From Squalus acanthias (taxonomy: Eukaryota), in contig CM059431.1 in NCBI GenBank assembly GCA_030390025.1, positions 105,526,001 to 105,590,000 on the forward strand: 64,000 nucleotides of DNA, written 5' to 3'. Made by a program: the position numbers and the translations under genes. The notes under the pieces are model-generated. The model had not been told where the DNA came from and ran no database searches. It worked only from the letters and a program-made list of their open reading frames with translations. Of the stretch, positions 50,123 through 62,702 are shown piece after piece. Position 1 is the stretch's first letter. Every line of letters starts with the position of its first letter.

Positions 50123-50411
50123 GTCCTTGCCGCCTGCTCAGGAGAGCAGGTTAAAATTGCAGCTGTTGCGATCATGGCAGCTTTCGGACAGGTGAGAGCC
50201 AGGGGCGATTTTAACTGCCCACCCGCCAGGTTTCTGCTGAGCGAGTAGGGTTAAAACAAACCCTTTGAGTTTGGGTGACTCTGGATTCACAAGTCAGAGT
50301 TGCATTTTATATTCAATATAAACTCCAATAACTACTAAAAACTACAAAATCTCATGTTGAATAATTTGACACACACAAGACATTGATCACTCAAATATTT
50401 TGACATATAAA

Positions 50412-50851
50412 AAGAAAGAAAGACTTTCATTTATATAGCGCCTTTCATGACCACCGGACGTCTCAAAGCGCTTTACAGCCAATGAAGTATTTTTGAAGTG
50501 CAGTCACTGTTGTAATGTGGGAAATGCATCAGCCAATTTGCGCACAGCAAGCTCCCTCAAACAGCAATGTGATAATGACCAGATAATCTGTTTTTGTTAT
50601 GTTGGTTGAGGGATAAATATTGGCCAGGACACTGGGGATAACTCCCCTACTCTTCTTCAAAATAGTGCCACCTGAGAGAGCAGACGTCGGTTTAACGTCT
50701 CATCCGAAAGACGGCACCTGCAACAGTGCAGCACTCCCTCAGCACTGCACTGGAGTATCGGCCTAGCTTTATGTGCTCAAGTCCATGGAGTGGGACTTGA
50801 ACCCACAAACTTCTGACTCGGAGGCGAGTGTGCTACCCACTGAGCCACAGC
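50412..50851 (-). mobile_element. Deu-type SINE
   Basis: Reverse complement of the 12-438 family. Confidence 0.9.
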
Positions 50852-51247
50852 TTCCTGAAGATTTAATACTAAGCTAATGCTTTGAGCTAGGCTCCCCATT
50901 AATATCCAAAATTCAGTTCTGGCTGCAAAATGAACGATGTACCTTTGGGAGAACCTACCAGGCAAGGATACAGAACCAGACTTGGCAATCAATCCCAAAA
51001 AGCTGGTAATTCTAAGATAAACTGCAATTGCCAGCATCACTGAAATATGGATTGGTGGAGCTCTCTTCTTGCACATGTTACAGGAGGAAAGTCAATTCCA
51101 TTCTTGCTCATGAAGTTTTGCACCTTCGTCTACTCTCCATGCTCAAAGGCCTTTGCCAAGGCTGTTCTGAACTGGCAGCTGGGAGTTGTGCAATGGTACT
51201 CTGAGAGGATGCTACATCTGATTTCTTCTCTCTCTCGGGAAACACTT

Positions 51248-51533
51248 GGGGCTGGATTTTGTCTTGGGGTCGGGTTGGGGTCGTGTAATCCGCATTTCGT
51301 GTTTCCCCCCCCCCCCCCGACTCCAGATTAATGTGGATGCCTGATGCAATTTTCACTTAATTGGGCAATTGAGTTGCAGCATGTGGAAACCCATGAACTA
51401 ATTAGTGTTTTCGGTCTGAAAGTCGCCTCTGATGATGTCATCATTGCTGACTGCCTAGTCTCAGAGACTGTTGGTGAGAGAGGACCTGCCTGGCTTTTGA
51501 TGTGAGTCGACCTGGATGCAAAAATGGGTGTGG

Positions 51534-51580
<47 letters not shown>

Positions 51581-52055
51581 AGGACAGAGAGACAGAGAAT
51601 TAATTTTTTTGCCAAGCAAGTCCTCCCAGGCAGTCTCTGAAGACATTCAATGCAGCAGCATCAGAGGCGACGTTCAGACCTAATACTACTGCTACTACCT
51701 TCATCACATCTCCGTTGTAATAGTGGACCTGCAGCCGATAGTCAGCTATCCACTTGTGCTCCCGCCAGGTTTCACTGGAGTTTTTCACACCAGGCGTGCT
51801 TCACGTCAGAAAAGGGTTAAACTAGCTACAGTGTTTCAAAATGGCATTACAGAGCCAATTTAGAGCTTGTTAAGGGCTTTAATGGCCTCTCCCACCTCTT
51901 GAAGGCGGGACAGAGTCGGGAACCCCGCGACTGATTCTGTCAAAATTGCGTGGAGGTGGGATGGAGTCAGGATGGGGTCGGAAACCCCGACCCCGCAAAT
52001 TTAACCCCCCACACGCCTCCAAACCCGACTCCATGGGTCATTCAATATCCAGCCC
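51248..52055. mobile_element. Harbinger-type MITE containing a (TA)n tract
   Basis: TIR gggctggat / atccagccc; no clean TSD. Confidence 0.65.
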
Positions 52056-52471
52056 TCTGGCTCTGGTGTTCCCCCACAGCAATCCGATTAAGATTGGGAC
52101 AGAAAGGCTTAGATGAATCATAAGCATCAACATGACCCATCACTCCATGGCAAAAGCACATTGGTGGTCAATAAGCCTTGCCAGCTCTCAATGGTACAAA
52201 ATGAAAAAAGACTCAAGGAAGTGAGAGAAAGATACTTTTAAATCTACATACATAGAATTACACAGTGGCCCATACTTTCCGGTGCCCACATGTTTCAGGT
52301 TTTCATGCGCGAAGCGCATGCACGTAAACCCAGAACTTGCTACCTGTCAAGAATCTTCTTGACAGATCCTAGCCATCCCTGGGAAAAGGGCATTCGCTGG
52401 CAGAGAGTTGGGCTATTTGCCCAACTACTGCCCAGCGAATGCCCATGAAACTCTTACGCCTGGTAAGGCCT

Positions 52472-53295
52472 ACTTGCAGAATGGGCATATAATTGGCAAA
52501 TGAAATTCAGCACAGATAAATGTGAGGTATTACATTTTGGTAAGAAAAATAGGGAGGTCACATATTACTTGGAAAATAAGAATCTAAATGGGGTAGAGGA
52601 GAAAAGGGATCTCGGAGTACAAATACACAAATCACTAAAAGTTGTGCCACAAAGCCATAGAAAAAGCAAACCAAGCACTCGGGTTTATTTCTAGAGGGAT
52701 AGAAATGAAAAGTAGTGAAGATATGCTAAACCTGTATCAAACCTTGGTTAGACCACACTTGGAGTACTGCGTACAGTTCTGGTCGCCATATTATAAAAAG
52801 GATATAGAGGCACTGGAGAGGGTGTAGAGAAGATTTACAAGGATGATGCCAGAAATGCGAGGGTATACAGATCAGGAAAGGATGAACAGGCTGGGTCTGA
52901 GAAGGCTGAGGGGGTGACCTAATAGAGGTCTTTAAAATCATGAAAGATTTTGATAGAGTGGATAGAGAGAGAGTGTTTCCACTTGTGGGGAAGAGCATAA
53001 CTAGAGGCCATCAATATAAGATAGTCACCAAGAAATTAAATAGGGAATTCAAAAGAAACTTCTTTACCCAGAGAGTGGTGAGAATGTGGAACTTGCTACC
53101 ACAGGGAGTGATTGAAGCGAATAGTGTAGATGCATTTAAGGAGCAGTTAGATAAGCTTATGAGGGAGAAGGGAATAGAGGGTTTGGCTGATAGAGTTGGA
53201 TAAGGAAAGACAGGAGGGGGCTCGAGTGGAGCATAAACGCCAGCATGGACTGGTTAGGCCGAATGGCCTGTGTCTGTGCTGTATATCCTATGTAA
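52472..53295 (+). mobile_element. CR1 3' fragment
   Basis: Closely similar to 1090-1950. Confidence 0.95.
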
Positions 53296-53569
53296 TCACT
53301 CTGTCCCAAAAAGAAACCAAAATATTTCATTTAATTTGTAATTTTGACATTACAATTACTGTTTTTATTACAGGACACAGTCTTGAGCATATATGGTGCA
53401 TAACTCGCTTAGAGGTCCATCATCAGATCTTTCTGGCCCTGATCAAGTTCTACCAGACCTCACTCTCTCCTTTCCAAAATTGGCCTCTACTCTAGATCAT
53501 CTTAGATATTAAAGATAACAAAAGATATGGAATAAGGATATCAAAGATAACCCCTGGATTCTTTTCTCT

Positions 53570-53975
53570 GATACCAATCATCTCCTTAAACCCCTCTCCC
53601 TGCTCATTCCACTCTCACCTCCAATGCGTGTGGGGAGCTTGTGAAAATCTTTGTCATCAAGGTAGGGATCATCTGCTTGGCAGCCTCTGCAACCTCACCC
53701 TTCCCCCTACCCACCAATCTAAACTTCCCCAGCCATCTGTCACCGTCACCCCCTGACTCTAGCTCTGAACCAGTCTCTATCTTTTTTACTCCCATTACCC
53801 TCATGCCCTCTCTCAGCTCATCTCACCCATGAGACCTACTTCCTGGTTCCTTGATCCTATTCCCACCAACTGCTGACCACCCAACTTCCCTTCCTGCCCC
53901 CCACGCTAGCTGACACTGTAAATGGTTCCTTCCCCTCAAGCACTAGCTCTTTGTTTTCAAAATCGCCATCCTCAA
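53570..53975 (+). mobile_element. Old L2 ORF2 internal fragment
   Basis: Pyrimidine-rich; cttgatcctattcccacc (LDPIPT) and downstream L2-like coding remnants. Confidence 0.6.
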
Positions 53976-54355
53976 AAAAAACTACCACTGGCTAGCTGAC
54001 CTTTGATGGAATTGAAATTCTTTCTGTTGATGTAAACTACTGGATTGGGTCTAGGGGAACAGATGGCCTTGTCATTTTGGAAACTGGGCAGTTCCGTCAT
54101 GGTGCTGTTGCGAAGGGAGAGTGGTGGAGTGGGAAAAGAAATGAAGATGTTGCCACTGCTCAAGAAAGCACCAGTCATCCGTTTGATAAATCTATGGACA
54201 CAAATTCACTAATACACCTGATGTCCTCTCCACGAGCCTGGAAGGATCAAAACCATCAAGATTGAGAACCATGGTTACTTTGATGGCTACTGGCCACACC
54301 ATCCCATGTTCAAGGTTGTCTGTAGGTCTTCATGAAGCAGACAAGACCATTCTGT

Positions 54356-56145
54356 GGCCGGAATTTTGCCGGCGCTCAGAGGGCAGGGTCGGAGGTGGGT
54401 CCGCTGTCAAAATTGAAAAGATTGACAGCGGGTCGGGATCTCCCTGTCTACCCACCTCCATGTCAGTTTCCCAAGTGTCAGGTCTGTCTGAGCTTTACAC
54501 ACCCAACACCAAGCGGCAAGTGAGCCAATTCAGATACTTAAGAGGTTGTTAAAAGGTACTCAAACACCATTTTACCATGCACTTACCATTTTACCAACTT
54601 TTTCACGAGGTTCCCGGTGCTCGGGCATCACGTCAGGTAAGTAGGTCGGGCTGTCAGTGACTCTCCTTTCCTATGACTAGTTGACAGCTGCAAAAGTGGT
54701 ATAAAAGCTACCATTTCACAGCTGTTCACTTTCCAATGTTAGAAGCTGGAGCCTTCAGGATTAGAAATACACTTTTCAGCTTTATGCAGGTTGCAAGTTT
54801 TTGGAGTAAACTCTCTATCCACTGTCACCTCCTTGGAGCAACCTCTCTCACCATTGACAGATCGCTTCTGTCATCTCAACTTCACCTGCCATCTATTCCA
54901 GCAGCATCAGTGCCCTTGAAAAAATCTAACCTTGGTCCTCAGAATTCCACCACGATCAGCCCCAACACCAACATCACCAGGCACACCAGCATCACCAACC
55001 ACAACACCAACCTTCTCCGCAATCACCTGATGCTGCACAGGACACAGGGCATCACCACCCAACCACATTGCTGCCTGGGAGGCCAGGGATAGCCTCACCA
55101 TGCCCAGATTTACTTCACTTGACGCTGTACACCCTGGCTGCTACATGATGCGCCAGGTTGGCACCGCCCCACACCAACACCATAATACATCCCTGCAATG
55201 CCCAAGCCATTCCTTTCACACTCATCACCATTGCGGGGGGTACCGTTATGTCTCACTATTCACTGCAACTCACTAAGCCACTTCCAAAGATGCACACAAA
55301 TCTGTCCAAGAACCGAAAGTGTGGAAAATAAAGATTTCAATGTTTGGCAAAACATCTCCAGAAACCTTACATGAACATTGGCGAAAACACCCAAGTGCCT
55401 ACCCTTGTGTGTTGTTAGTTGGTATGATTGGACGAGGATGAGGGTGAGTATGTGGGTTGGCTAGTGAGATGGGGATGTGATGATGTAGATAGAGAGAGAG
55501 AGGGATGTGTGGAGGTGCAAGGTAAGTTGGTGTGAGTAAGGATGTGCAGGAACAGGGTAGGGAAGGCAGAGTGATGGGGATGTGATGAGTGGCACAGCAG
55601 GGTGAGGTTGAGTGTGGCTTTGCAGTAACGTTTCGCGATCTACTAAGATCACTGAAAGGTTTGCGTCACTGCACCCAGGTCCTCCTGACCACATCGCTGC
55701 TTGTGTCCTCCTGCGCAATGTGCAACCAGACTGCGTTGGTCTCCTGGGGAGGAGTCTTCCGCTCATTAGAAGGGAAGAGGACCTCCCTGCGTGCTGTGAC
55801 TCCCTCCATAAGCATATGGAGGGAGTCATGGGAAAGCCTGGGTGCAGCCGTGCACCTCTGTGCAGTGCTCGTCAGTGTTTGCAGCACCTCAATACTGTAG
55901 AACACTGACAGCATGACTGTCAAAATGAATGTGGACATGGCCCGTTGAAGGAAACCAGCTGATGACCCATCATCAAATGACGTCATCAGACCCACTTCCA
56001 TTTAATTGGCCGGAAACCTCGCAGGGCGGGCTTAACAAGCCCAATGAAAAATTCTTCTCAGAGCGGGATGGAGCCGGGAGCGGGGTCGCAACCCGCCACC
56101 TACCTCGGCCGCACTAAGCTTGCCTCGGTAGACGAAATCACGGCC
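54356..56145. mobile_element. Harbinger deletion derivative retaining a Myb/SANT exon (-) and the transposase C-terminus (+)
   Basis: TIR ggccggaatttt / gaaatcacggcc; TSD TGT; minus 55625-55850 MEGVTARREVLFP...AVWLHIA...RRTWVQ*RKPFSDL; plus AWEARDSLTMPRF near 55070-55110. Confidence 0.85.
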
Positions 56146-58167
56146 TGTCTCTCTGCTAAATCTGAGCCTCCGGAGACCGCGACCTCCACGACAATTCTCT
56201 GACCTGCCCCAGAGCGGAATCTCCAAAACAATTTACCCGGTGCACCTGGTCCATTCGCATACAATAAAAATGACAGAACCCAGCACAAACAATGCTCAAT
56301 TCAATTAGCAAATGCACTGCCCACCAAGCTGATCTCAGACAAAATTCCCCACTTGGCAATTGTCCAGTGATTCTTGCTGGAAAGTGGACGAGGACAGGAC
56401 TGGGTTCAGCTAGGAAGTCATGCACCTTCACATAGTCTTCAGAGATTCAGTGTTCCCTCTTAGAAATGAGAGACTGGACACTTGGTGAGGTGCTGGAGGA
56501 CAAGAACCCAATGCCCATATAAATATACACAAGAATGAGTCAGTACCCTCAGCAGAGAAGTAAAACCAACTACCTCCCCAAAAAAAACGAATCTATACTC
56601 CACAGGAGGGAGTGAGCATAATCCAGACTCTGGCTGTAGTGAAGTGTGCACTCAACTCCACCAACTGAGAACAGACCAGTTTGACCGACAAAACAGCAGC
56701 AGCAGTTTACCTCTTGACTTCTGCCATTGAAAACAAAAGTTTTTGTTAACATATTTGAAGAATGGCACAGCAGCACTAACCACTAATGGTGGCTATGCTA
56801 TTTTTTTTTCCAAGGTGATACTGTCAGAATTCCATTAATATCAAAGATAAGCAAAAGAGATATGCCGTTTGAATTTAATGACATTTATTGTAATAGGTAG
56901 CCTGTTGTTTCAAAACCGACTGATATCAGTTAATATCCGCAACAGCCTGGTTCAATGCATTAAAGATAATGAGAGAAATGGAGCATGCAGCCTTTTTCCA
57001 GGGACAAATTGTAGAGAAGGGGTTATCATCAGATGTGAAGTTGCTCACCACTGTCAGCCACTCTCGATATAATTGGGATAACTTTTCATTCAGCAATGCT
57101 TTTGAACACACCTTGAACATTATTAGCGGCAGCAGATGACAAAAATGTCAGCGTCAATGACAAAGAACGTCTGGAAAACAATGGCAGAATATGACTAAAT
57201 GGATCTCCTGTGGGTTTGATCCTATTAACCACGACTGCCATGCAAGGGCATTCAATTTTAGCAAGAATTGGTTGAGGTGAAAATTTGTCATTCCCCATCA
57301 AACTGATGAAACATCTGTTCCCCTGTGCTCTTCAGATATTATTGGATCACTACATAGTGGGAACAGTTAAGGGATGAAGCAGTGGAAATAGGCTAGGGTA
57401 GATGGTTAAATCATTGCAGTTGATACCTGGGATGTCTAATTGCTTTTCAAATGTTTTCACACTAAACTGTTTGACCGTGGCGATGTATGATTGATTACCC
57501 ATTAGAACATTTTAGGTCTTGATTCATCTGTTATTGACTGGGAAGGAAGAGTGGTGAATACAATAGCATGACTGATCTTACTGGCATTGATCTGCCAGTG
57601 ACAGCTTCCAGTAATTTGTTATATTCAATGTGTTTTCCTTTCAGGCATGTATATGAGTGTGCAAAAAAAACCTCCATATTAGTAACATATCTGCCGTAAA
57701 AAAGTATTACATTAGCTTATTGGCTGAGCATTGGTTTGGGATTGAAGATTGTGGACAGAAGATCCAAGCACAGCACTCTATCCCTGGTCTCAAATGCACA
57801 CCAAACTAAAGATCTTTCACATCCTGATAACTTAATGTTCGGATGATTAAACCTGCTATAAGAAGGTGGTTTACATTTACATTTTTTAATTACTTTTCCT
57901 TTTTGTCTCTTCTCTCTCTCTCTCTCTCTCTTAATCCAATCATTCTTTCTCTCTCTTTGTTTCTACTTCTAAGGATGGCCCATCAGAGGTCCTGCTGCAG
58001 GAGGTTCAGCAACAAACAAATGGCCCTGTTTGAAGTGAAGGCCCACCTTCCTGCCAATGCAGAAGTGAAAGCTGCTTGGATAGAAATCACGAAGGAAGTC
58101 CATGGAGTCAAAAGATGGAGCAGTCTGGTCGTGTCAGGACGAATGGCGAAGTAAGTGTACACACCTT

Positions 58168-58425
58168 TAGAATGATACAGGACAGAAGGAGGCCATTTGG
58201 CCCATCGTGCCTGTGCTGGCTCTTTGGAAGAGCTGTCCAACCAGTCCCACTCTCCTGCTCTTTCCCCATAGCCCAGAACATTTTTCCTTTTCAAGTATTT
58301 AACTAATTTCTTTTGAAAGTTAATACTGAATCTGCTCCCTTTCAGACAGTGCATTTCAGGCAGTGCAACTTGCCGCATATTTATTTTTTCCTTCATGTCG
58401 CCTCTGGTTCTTTAGCCAATTACCT
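58168..58425 (-). mobile_element. CR1 3' end fragment
   Basis: tagaatgatacaggacagaaggaggcc tail. Confidence 0.85.
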
Positions 58426-59017
58426 TTTGCATACATTTTTCTTTCGCTATTCACATGCACAAATCAGAACTGTGAGCTGCAGCAACCTTAGGAAGGTGGC
58501 ATGCAAAATACAGAGACAGCCTTCTTTTTTTTTTTAAGCACACGGTTTTGTTGCAGAAGAGCATACTTTTTGCAGGGCTAACAAATAGCTCGTCTATGAA
58601 GAATGTGGAAGGGTATGGTCAGAACCTACAGGCATGTTGCATTGGTCTGCACTCACAGCGAGGAGGGAAACGGACCAGCCACAGAGATGGCTGTCTGGGT
58701 GCTCTGCCAATTTCGAACATCTGGATGTCTTGCGTGTGCCTCCTGGAGGAGGCTGCCCATAACCAGCATGAGCGCACATGCAGCAATAGGGGTCCTTCCA
58801 ATCTTAAAGAACTGTCAAGATCAGAGGAGATGGCCTTTTGGCATTTTTGGCCAAGTGTCTATGAAGGGAGATGAGGGAGGGAGAGCTTGGAGGCATGCTG
58901 CCATCACGCAGCAATTATCCTTTCCTTAGGCTGACTGAGAGCGTGAGTAAGATTCAGTAAGACAAAGGCGCAAAACCTCAATTAGAAAGCATTCCATCCT
59001 GAACCCATTACAACCCA

Positions 59018-60062
59018 TTGTGGTAAATGGCTATTTTTCAGACTGGAGGATGGTAGACAGTGGTGTTCCTCAAGGGTCAGTGCTGGGGCCACTGCTTTTT
59101 TTGATATATAAATGACCTGGATATTGGAATACACAGTAGAATTTCTAAATTTGCCGACAACACCAAACTTGGGGGGATGGCAAACAGCGAGGATGATACC
59201 AATTGACTGCAGCAGGACATAGAAAGGCTAGCAAAATGGGCAGACAAGTTGCAGATGGAATTTAATACAGAGAAGTGTGAGGTGATGCATTTTGACAGAA
59301 GGAACAGGAAGAGGCAATATACACTTAATGGCACAGTTTTAAAGAGTGTACAGGGACAGAGGGACCTGGGAGTTAATGTGCATAGGTTCCTGAAGGTGGA
59401 GGGACATATTGAGAGTGTGGTTAGCAAAGCATATGGGATCTTGGGCTTCATAAATAGAGGTATTGAGTACAAAAGTAGAGAAGTTATGCTGAACCTTTAT
59501 AAAGCGCTGGTTAGGCCACAACTGGAGTATTGCGTCCAGTTCTGGTCACCACACTTTAGGAAGGATGTGAAGGCCCTTGAGAGGGTGCAGAGGAGATTTA
59601 CCAGAATGGTTCCAGGCATGGGGGATCTTAGCTACAAGGACAGGTTGAAGAAGCTGGATTTGTTTTCATTAGAGCAAAGGAGGTTGAGGGGTGACTTTAT
59701 AGAGGTGTACAAGATTATGATGGGTTTGGATAGGCTAGACGGGGAAAGGCTGTTCCCACTAGTTGATGGTACAAGGACTAGGGGACACAGATTTAAGGTT
59801 TTGGGCAAGAGATACAGGGGGAACGTGAGGAAAAACTTTAAGCAGCGAGTGGTGAGGACCTGGAACTCACTGCCGACGGAAGTGGTGGAAGTGGAGACAC
59901 TCAATGTTTTCAAGGGGAGACTGGACAGGCATTTAAGGGAAATAAACTTGCAGGGCTACGGGGATAGAGCGGGGGAATGGGACTGACTGGGTTGCTCTAC
60001 AGAGAGCTGGCACGGACTCGATGGGCTGAATAGCCTCCTTCTGTGCTGTTATGACTCTATGA
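59018..60062 (+). mobile_element. CR1 RT 3' fragment
   Basis: 245-aa ORF 59249-59986; tail tgactctatgac. Confidence 0.95.
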
Positions 60063-60789
60063 CATCTTCCTTTTCTCTTCCCAAGATGAGGCATTGTCAC
60101 CTGGTGGTACCCAGGATCTGAGCACTGTTTTAGCAAGTTGCATCACAACCAGTATCACAGATCCAAACACTCTAGGGTTCTGGACAATAGATGAAGAGGA
60201 AGCACTGATTCATGCACCCATGACAAGCAAGATGGAGAAAGTGGAGGTGGCAGCTGAGGAGCAGCAAGTGTATACCAGGGCCACAGCCCAAGGCTTTCCT
60301 TCATTGTATGTGCAAGGGACTGATACTCCAACAGGTCTAGTCTACAAACGGGAGTTGATTTGAGGAGCAAAAGTCGTTCATGACATCTTCTGAGAATGTG
60401 CTGAAAACCTTGCTGGAAAATTTGCATCAGTGCATCTCCAACCTCCCTGCAGCAAGGCCAGAGGGATTAGTACAGATACAGTGTGCCATGGAGCGTGCAA
60501 CAAATTCACCGTTATCTGTGGGGAGCCCTAGAGCACAGATGAAGCAAGCCCGGCATTTCTCACAAATGCTGCGATAGCGGCTACAGAGGCTTTGGGCTCC
60601 AGTTTACAGGAGTCGGTCACTGTTGGATCTGACAGACCGGGGGGCGGATTGACTCAAGAAAGGCATGAATGGTGGGTTTCTCACTCTTCAGTGGAACACT
60701 ATGCTCTGCACTCACACAGAGGGAGCTGGTCCGGTACGTGACTGGGGCAGAGATCGCATTGTATAACATCGCATCAACAACACTTGGTC

Positions 60790-61082
60790 CATGCGATCTC
60801 CTGGACTAGTTTTGATGGCCTGAGGGGATCAGAGAGGAATTTTCCACAGTATTTTTTTCCTCCTTATTGGCCCTGGTTTTTGCTCGCTGGCATTTTGCCT
60901 CTCCCAGAAGATTACATAGCTGCGGGGGTTTGAGGGGAGGGGGAGGATGAGGGGTGGGAGGTGGGCTGGAGGTCTGAGGAGGGAAGAAGTATTTAGTCAG
61001 GATGCTTCGTCCATCCTGGTGTTGGGCAGGCTTGATGGACCAACTGCTCTTTCCCTGCCCATCAATTTTGTATGTTTGTATC
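60790..61082 (+). mobile_element. CR1-type 3' UTR
   Basis: gggcaggcttgatggaccaactgctctttccctgccc hairpin followed by a (ttgtatgt)n tail. Confidence 0.6.
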
Positions 61083-61536
61083 TTACAGGACAAAGAGGTC
61101 CTTAATGAAGGGAAAGGAAGAGGAGGAAAAGAAGGAAGCAGCAGTGCAGCCAAGAAATATGGTGGAGCAGGCACTCATTGATGAGTGTTTCCATTCATTC
61201 CCAACCAAATGGAGCCTGGTAGGGTGACCACACTTTTGTCCCATGCAGCCCACCCTCTCAATGAATTGAAAAAGTGCCAGATAGTTGGCAGCCTGTGTCT
61301 TCTTAGATGCGGCTTTAGCTGTGGCAGAGTCATCGCATGACGCTTAATCCAGAGGTACACTGCCATTCAGCCCCACAGTGTACACCAGCAGCCTGCCCCC
61401 ACACTTACTCCTTCCACACAGAAAGCACCTCGATTCAACTGTACGTCAGGCATCAGAAGTGTATCTTACAGTATAATCAAAGAGAAGCACGAGAGCATCT
61501 CCTTGTGAAAAATATCAAATACGTTTTGAACACATT

Positions 61537-62433
61537 GGGGTAGAAATTAGGTCGCGCCCCATTTGGGGCGCAAATATCGTCCGGACGCAAATATTAGCGC
61601 CTGGCGCTAATTATCGGCACTGACAGGAAACTTCACTTTTACCGCCCCGGGAGGTGAGTGGAGCGCTAAAGCAGGCGCTGCACACCTCTCTTAAGGCGCA
61701 AAGGCCGAGCAGTGAGGCGCTAACTCAGAGCGCTGGCGAAGCTCATGTAATGTCAGTCAGCAATGGAACACACACACAATGGCATGGGCCAGTTCTTAAA
61801 GGGGATGGTTAATCTTGCTTTCCATCCACATCCTGTTCATTGCAGCCTTGAATCTCGGCCTGGAGAGACTTGCACATCAAATGTGCTGGAAAGAACAATG
61901 GAGAGTACCAGGCCAAGAGCTCAGAGTGCAGCTCCCACAGTCTCTGCTAAATCGATACAAGGAATGGCAAATCAAAATGAACCTGCAAAGTGCTGCTCAG
62001 TACCCAAAACTCCTTCACACAACGTTGAATCTCTCCAGAAGTCTCTCCCTCTCTCTCTCAGAATGCGTAGTTCAAAAATGCCACCAACAATAAAAGACAG
62101 GAAGAGGCCCCCTTTAAATAGCGCCCCCCCCCCCCAGCCCCACAGCGATTGATAGCGTTCCAGTCTTCTGGTCGTTGGAAGCGCCAGGCAGTAAGGCAGG
62201 GGGCGCCACTCAATTTCCACTACGGGGCGCCACAAGGGCGTTGCACCATGGAATGTCGTCACAATCTGCGTGCGCAGGTGGTCGCAGCGGTAAGTTTTAG
62301 CGCCGCCGCACAATCTCAAGTTAAGTTCTCGAGCGGCGCAAACATCGCTGCGCCCGGGCGTTAGCGGCTTTGCGCCCCATTAGCGCCCTCTTAAGGCGCT
62401 AACAGGAGGCGCAACCAAGTGAATTTTTACCCC
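61537..62433. mobile_element. GC-rich Harbinger-type MITE
   Basis: TIR ggggtagaaatt / aatttttacccc; flanks ATT and TTT. Confidence 0.75.
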
Positions 62434-62702
62434 TTTATCCCTTAGTCGGTGCAGTTTTTCTTGACCTGGGTCATGTTAAGGTAAAAACCTATTGCAGGAT
62501 TATAGAGGGGAGAGTTAGCGAGAGTTGATGAAAATGCACACAACCTGTTGTTTAACCGAACACAGCACAGGAGGAGGCGATCTGCCCCTTCACGTCTGTT
62601 CTAGATATTGCTACAGCCATCCAACACACAGGAAATAGTATTTCTGGGAACAAGGTGGGGTTTCATTCATGTGCAATACTTATGCAGGGGCTGAAGCTGA
62701 GA

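Larger units (their letters stand above)
48680..50263. mobile_element. Harbinger-type MITE remnant hosting a hAT MITE and a solo LTR
   Basis: CpG-rich pieces rejoin when the two inserts are removed; right end gggttaaaacaaaccc. Confidence 0.5.
57975..60720 (+). pseudogene. Harbinger Myb/SANT-like DNA-binding gene remnant (three pieces)
   Basis: RRFSNKQMAL...KAAWIEITKEV ending at donor GTAAGT 58151; EEAAHNQHERT...ELSRSEEMAF at 58745-58850; acidic low-complexity C-terminal part at 60095-60720. Confidence 0.6.

Noticed and set aside
55666..56001. Myb/SANT ORF as a domesticated host gene
   Set aside because: In-frame stop within the domain and enclosed by TIRs and a TSD, so it is a transposon remnant
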